Both the position numbers and the translations under genes were made by a program. DNA of 64,000 nt from Marsupella aquatica (lineage: Eukaryota; Plantae; Marchantiophyta): positions 7,898,963 to 7,962,962 of the forward strand of contig OZ316893.1 in assembly GCA_973895155.1 (NCBI GenBank), read 5' to 3'. Under the pieces are notes generated by a model, which saw only the letters and a program-made list of their open reading frames with translations, had not been told where the DNA came from and did not search any database. Shown piece after piece: positions 63,538-64,000 of the stretch (the stretch's first letter is position 1; each line of letters begins with the position of its first letter).

Positions 63538-64000
63538 ATGTCTTCATCTTCTGAAATCTCCACCACAAACTCATCCTCTTCTGATGAAGATACACCACCT
63601 CCACCTCAACATCACACGACCGCACCTCCTCCTCGCGGTCCACCCCGTCAATTTTGTGAATGTTCCAGATGTGTGGGTCAGGTTTCCCAAAAATCTTACA
63701 TATGTGCCCAACATATTGAGAGATATGGGCGTTGTGGACATCATACGGCAGGGGCTTCTTCATCTCATATGGTAAGTGTTATGCCTTAGTTTTCCTACCC
63801 TATTCCCATTACTCAATGGTTGAAGGTTTTTAATTTCACACCTACTTTTGTTTGTTTTGGTTTCGGTGGAATAGGTATCCAATAGGCCTAGACCTGCGGC
63901 ACAAGCACCCTATGTCCCATCACAAGGTGTTCTAGATGCTATAGGCAATGCATTCTCAAAAGCCTTGGGTCTAGCGGCAAGGCCCACCAGTCCTAGGGAA
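63538..64000 (+). CDS. Partial gene transcribed divergently, with a CxCxxC-x10-CxxH-xxx-YG zinc-binding-like motif
   Basis: ATG 63538 just after a CAG acceptor; exon to 63771 (GTAAGT donor), next exon from ~63874 open to the window end (VSNRPRPAAQAPYV...). The motif resembles the transposase-associated Zn domain of CACTA proteins. Confidence 0.55.

Larger units (their letters stand above)
55023..64000 (-). mobile_element. CACTA (En/Spm) DNA transposon, one terminus at 55023; the other end is not seen in the window
   Basis: Terminus CACTAGTACA..., dense TCCGA/TCGGA subterminal repeats over ~55045-55465, CACTA transposase and a TnpA-like gene. Membership of the distal ORFs is inferred from contiguity. 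Confidence 0.85.

Overview
Eukaryotic nuclear DNA from a land plant. Protein content and intron style suggest a bryophyte, possibly a liverwort; this is inference only. Host genes: the 3' part of a divergent Cullin-1-like gene (+, 103-4981), tRNA-Asn(GUU), a plastid NhaD-type Na+/H+ antiporter (-, 30095-35331) and a MUT9-like/casein kinase 1-like kinase (-, 41963-47058). Mobile DNA: a very young Ty1/copia tandem dimer with three 367-bp LTRs and one TCATG target-site duplication (15442-27850), the left part of a large CACTA element (55023 to the window end), and Copia, hAT, Harbinger and MITE remnants. Two things stand out. (1) The CACTA element carries a SET-domain ORF between a TnpA-like gene and a decayed transposase, with clusters of a CpG-containing TGCGA/TCGCA motif in its non-coding parts; this is a candidate transposon-encoded chromatin or anti-silencing system. 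(2) The copia gag and pol are in frame but separated by one UGA followed by a 12-bp hairpin, and a UUU_CGA +1-frameshift-like site lies upstream of gag; these are candidate recoding signals.
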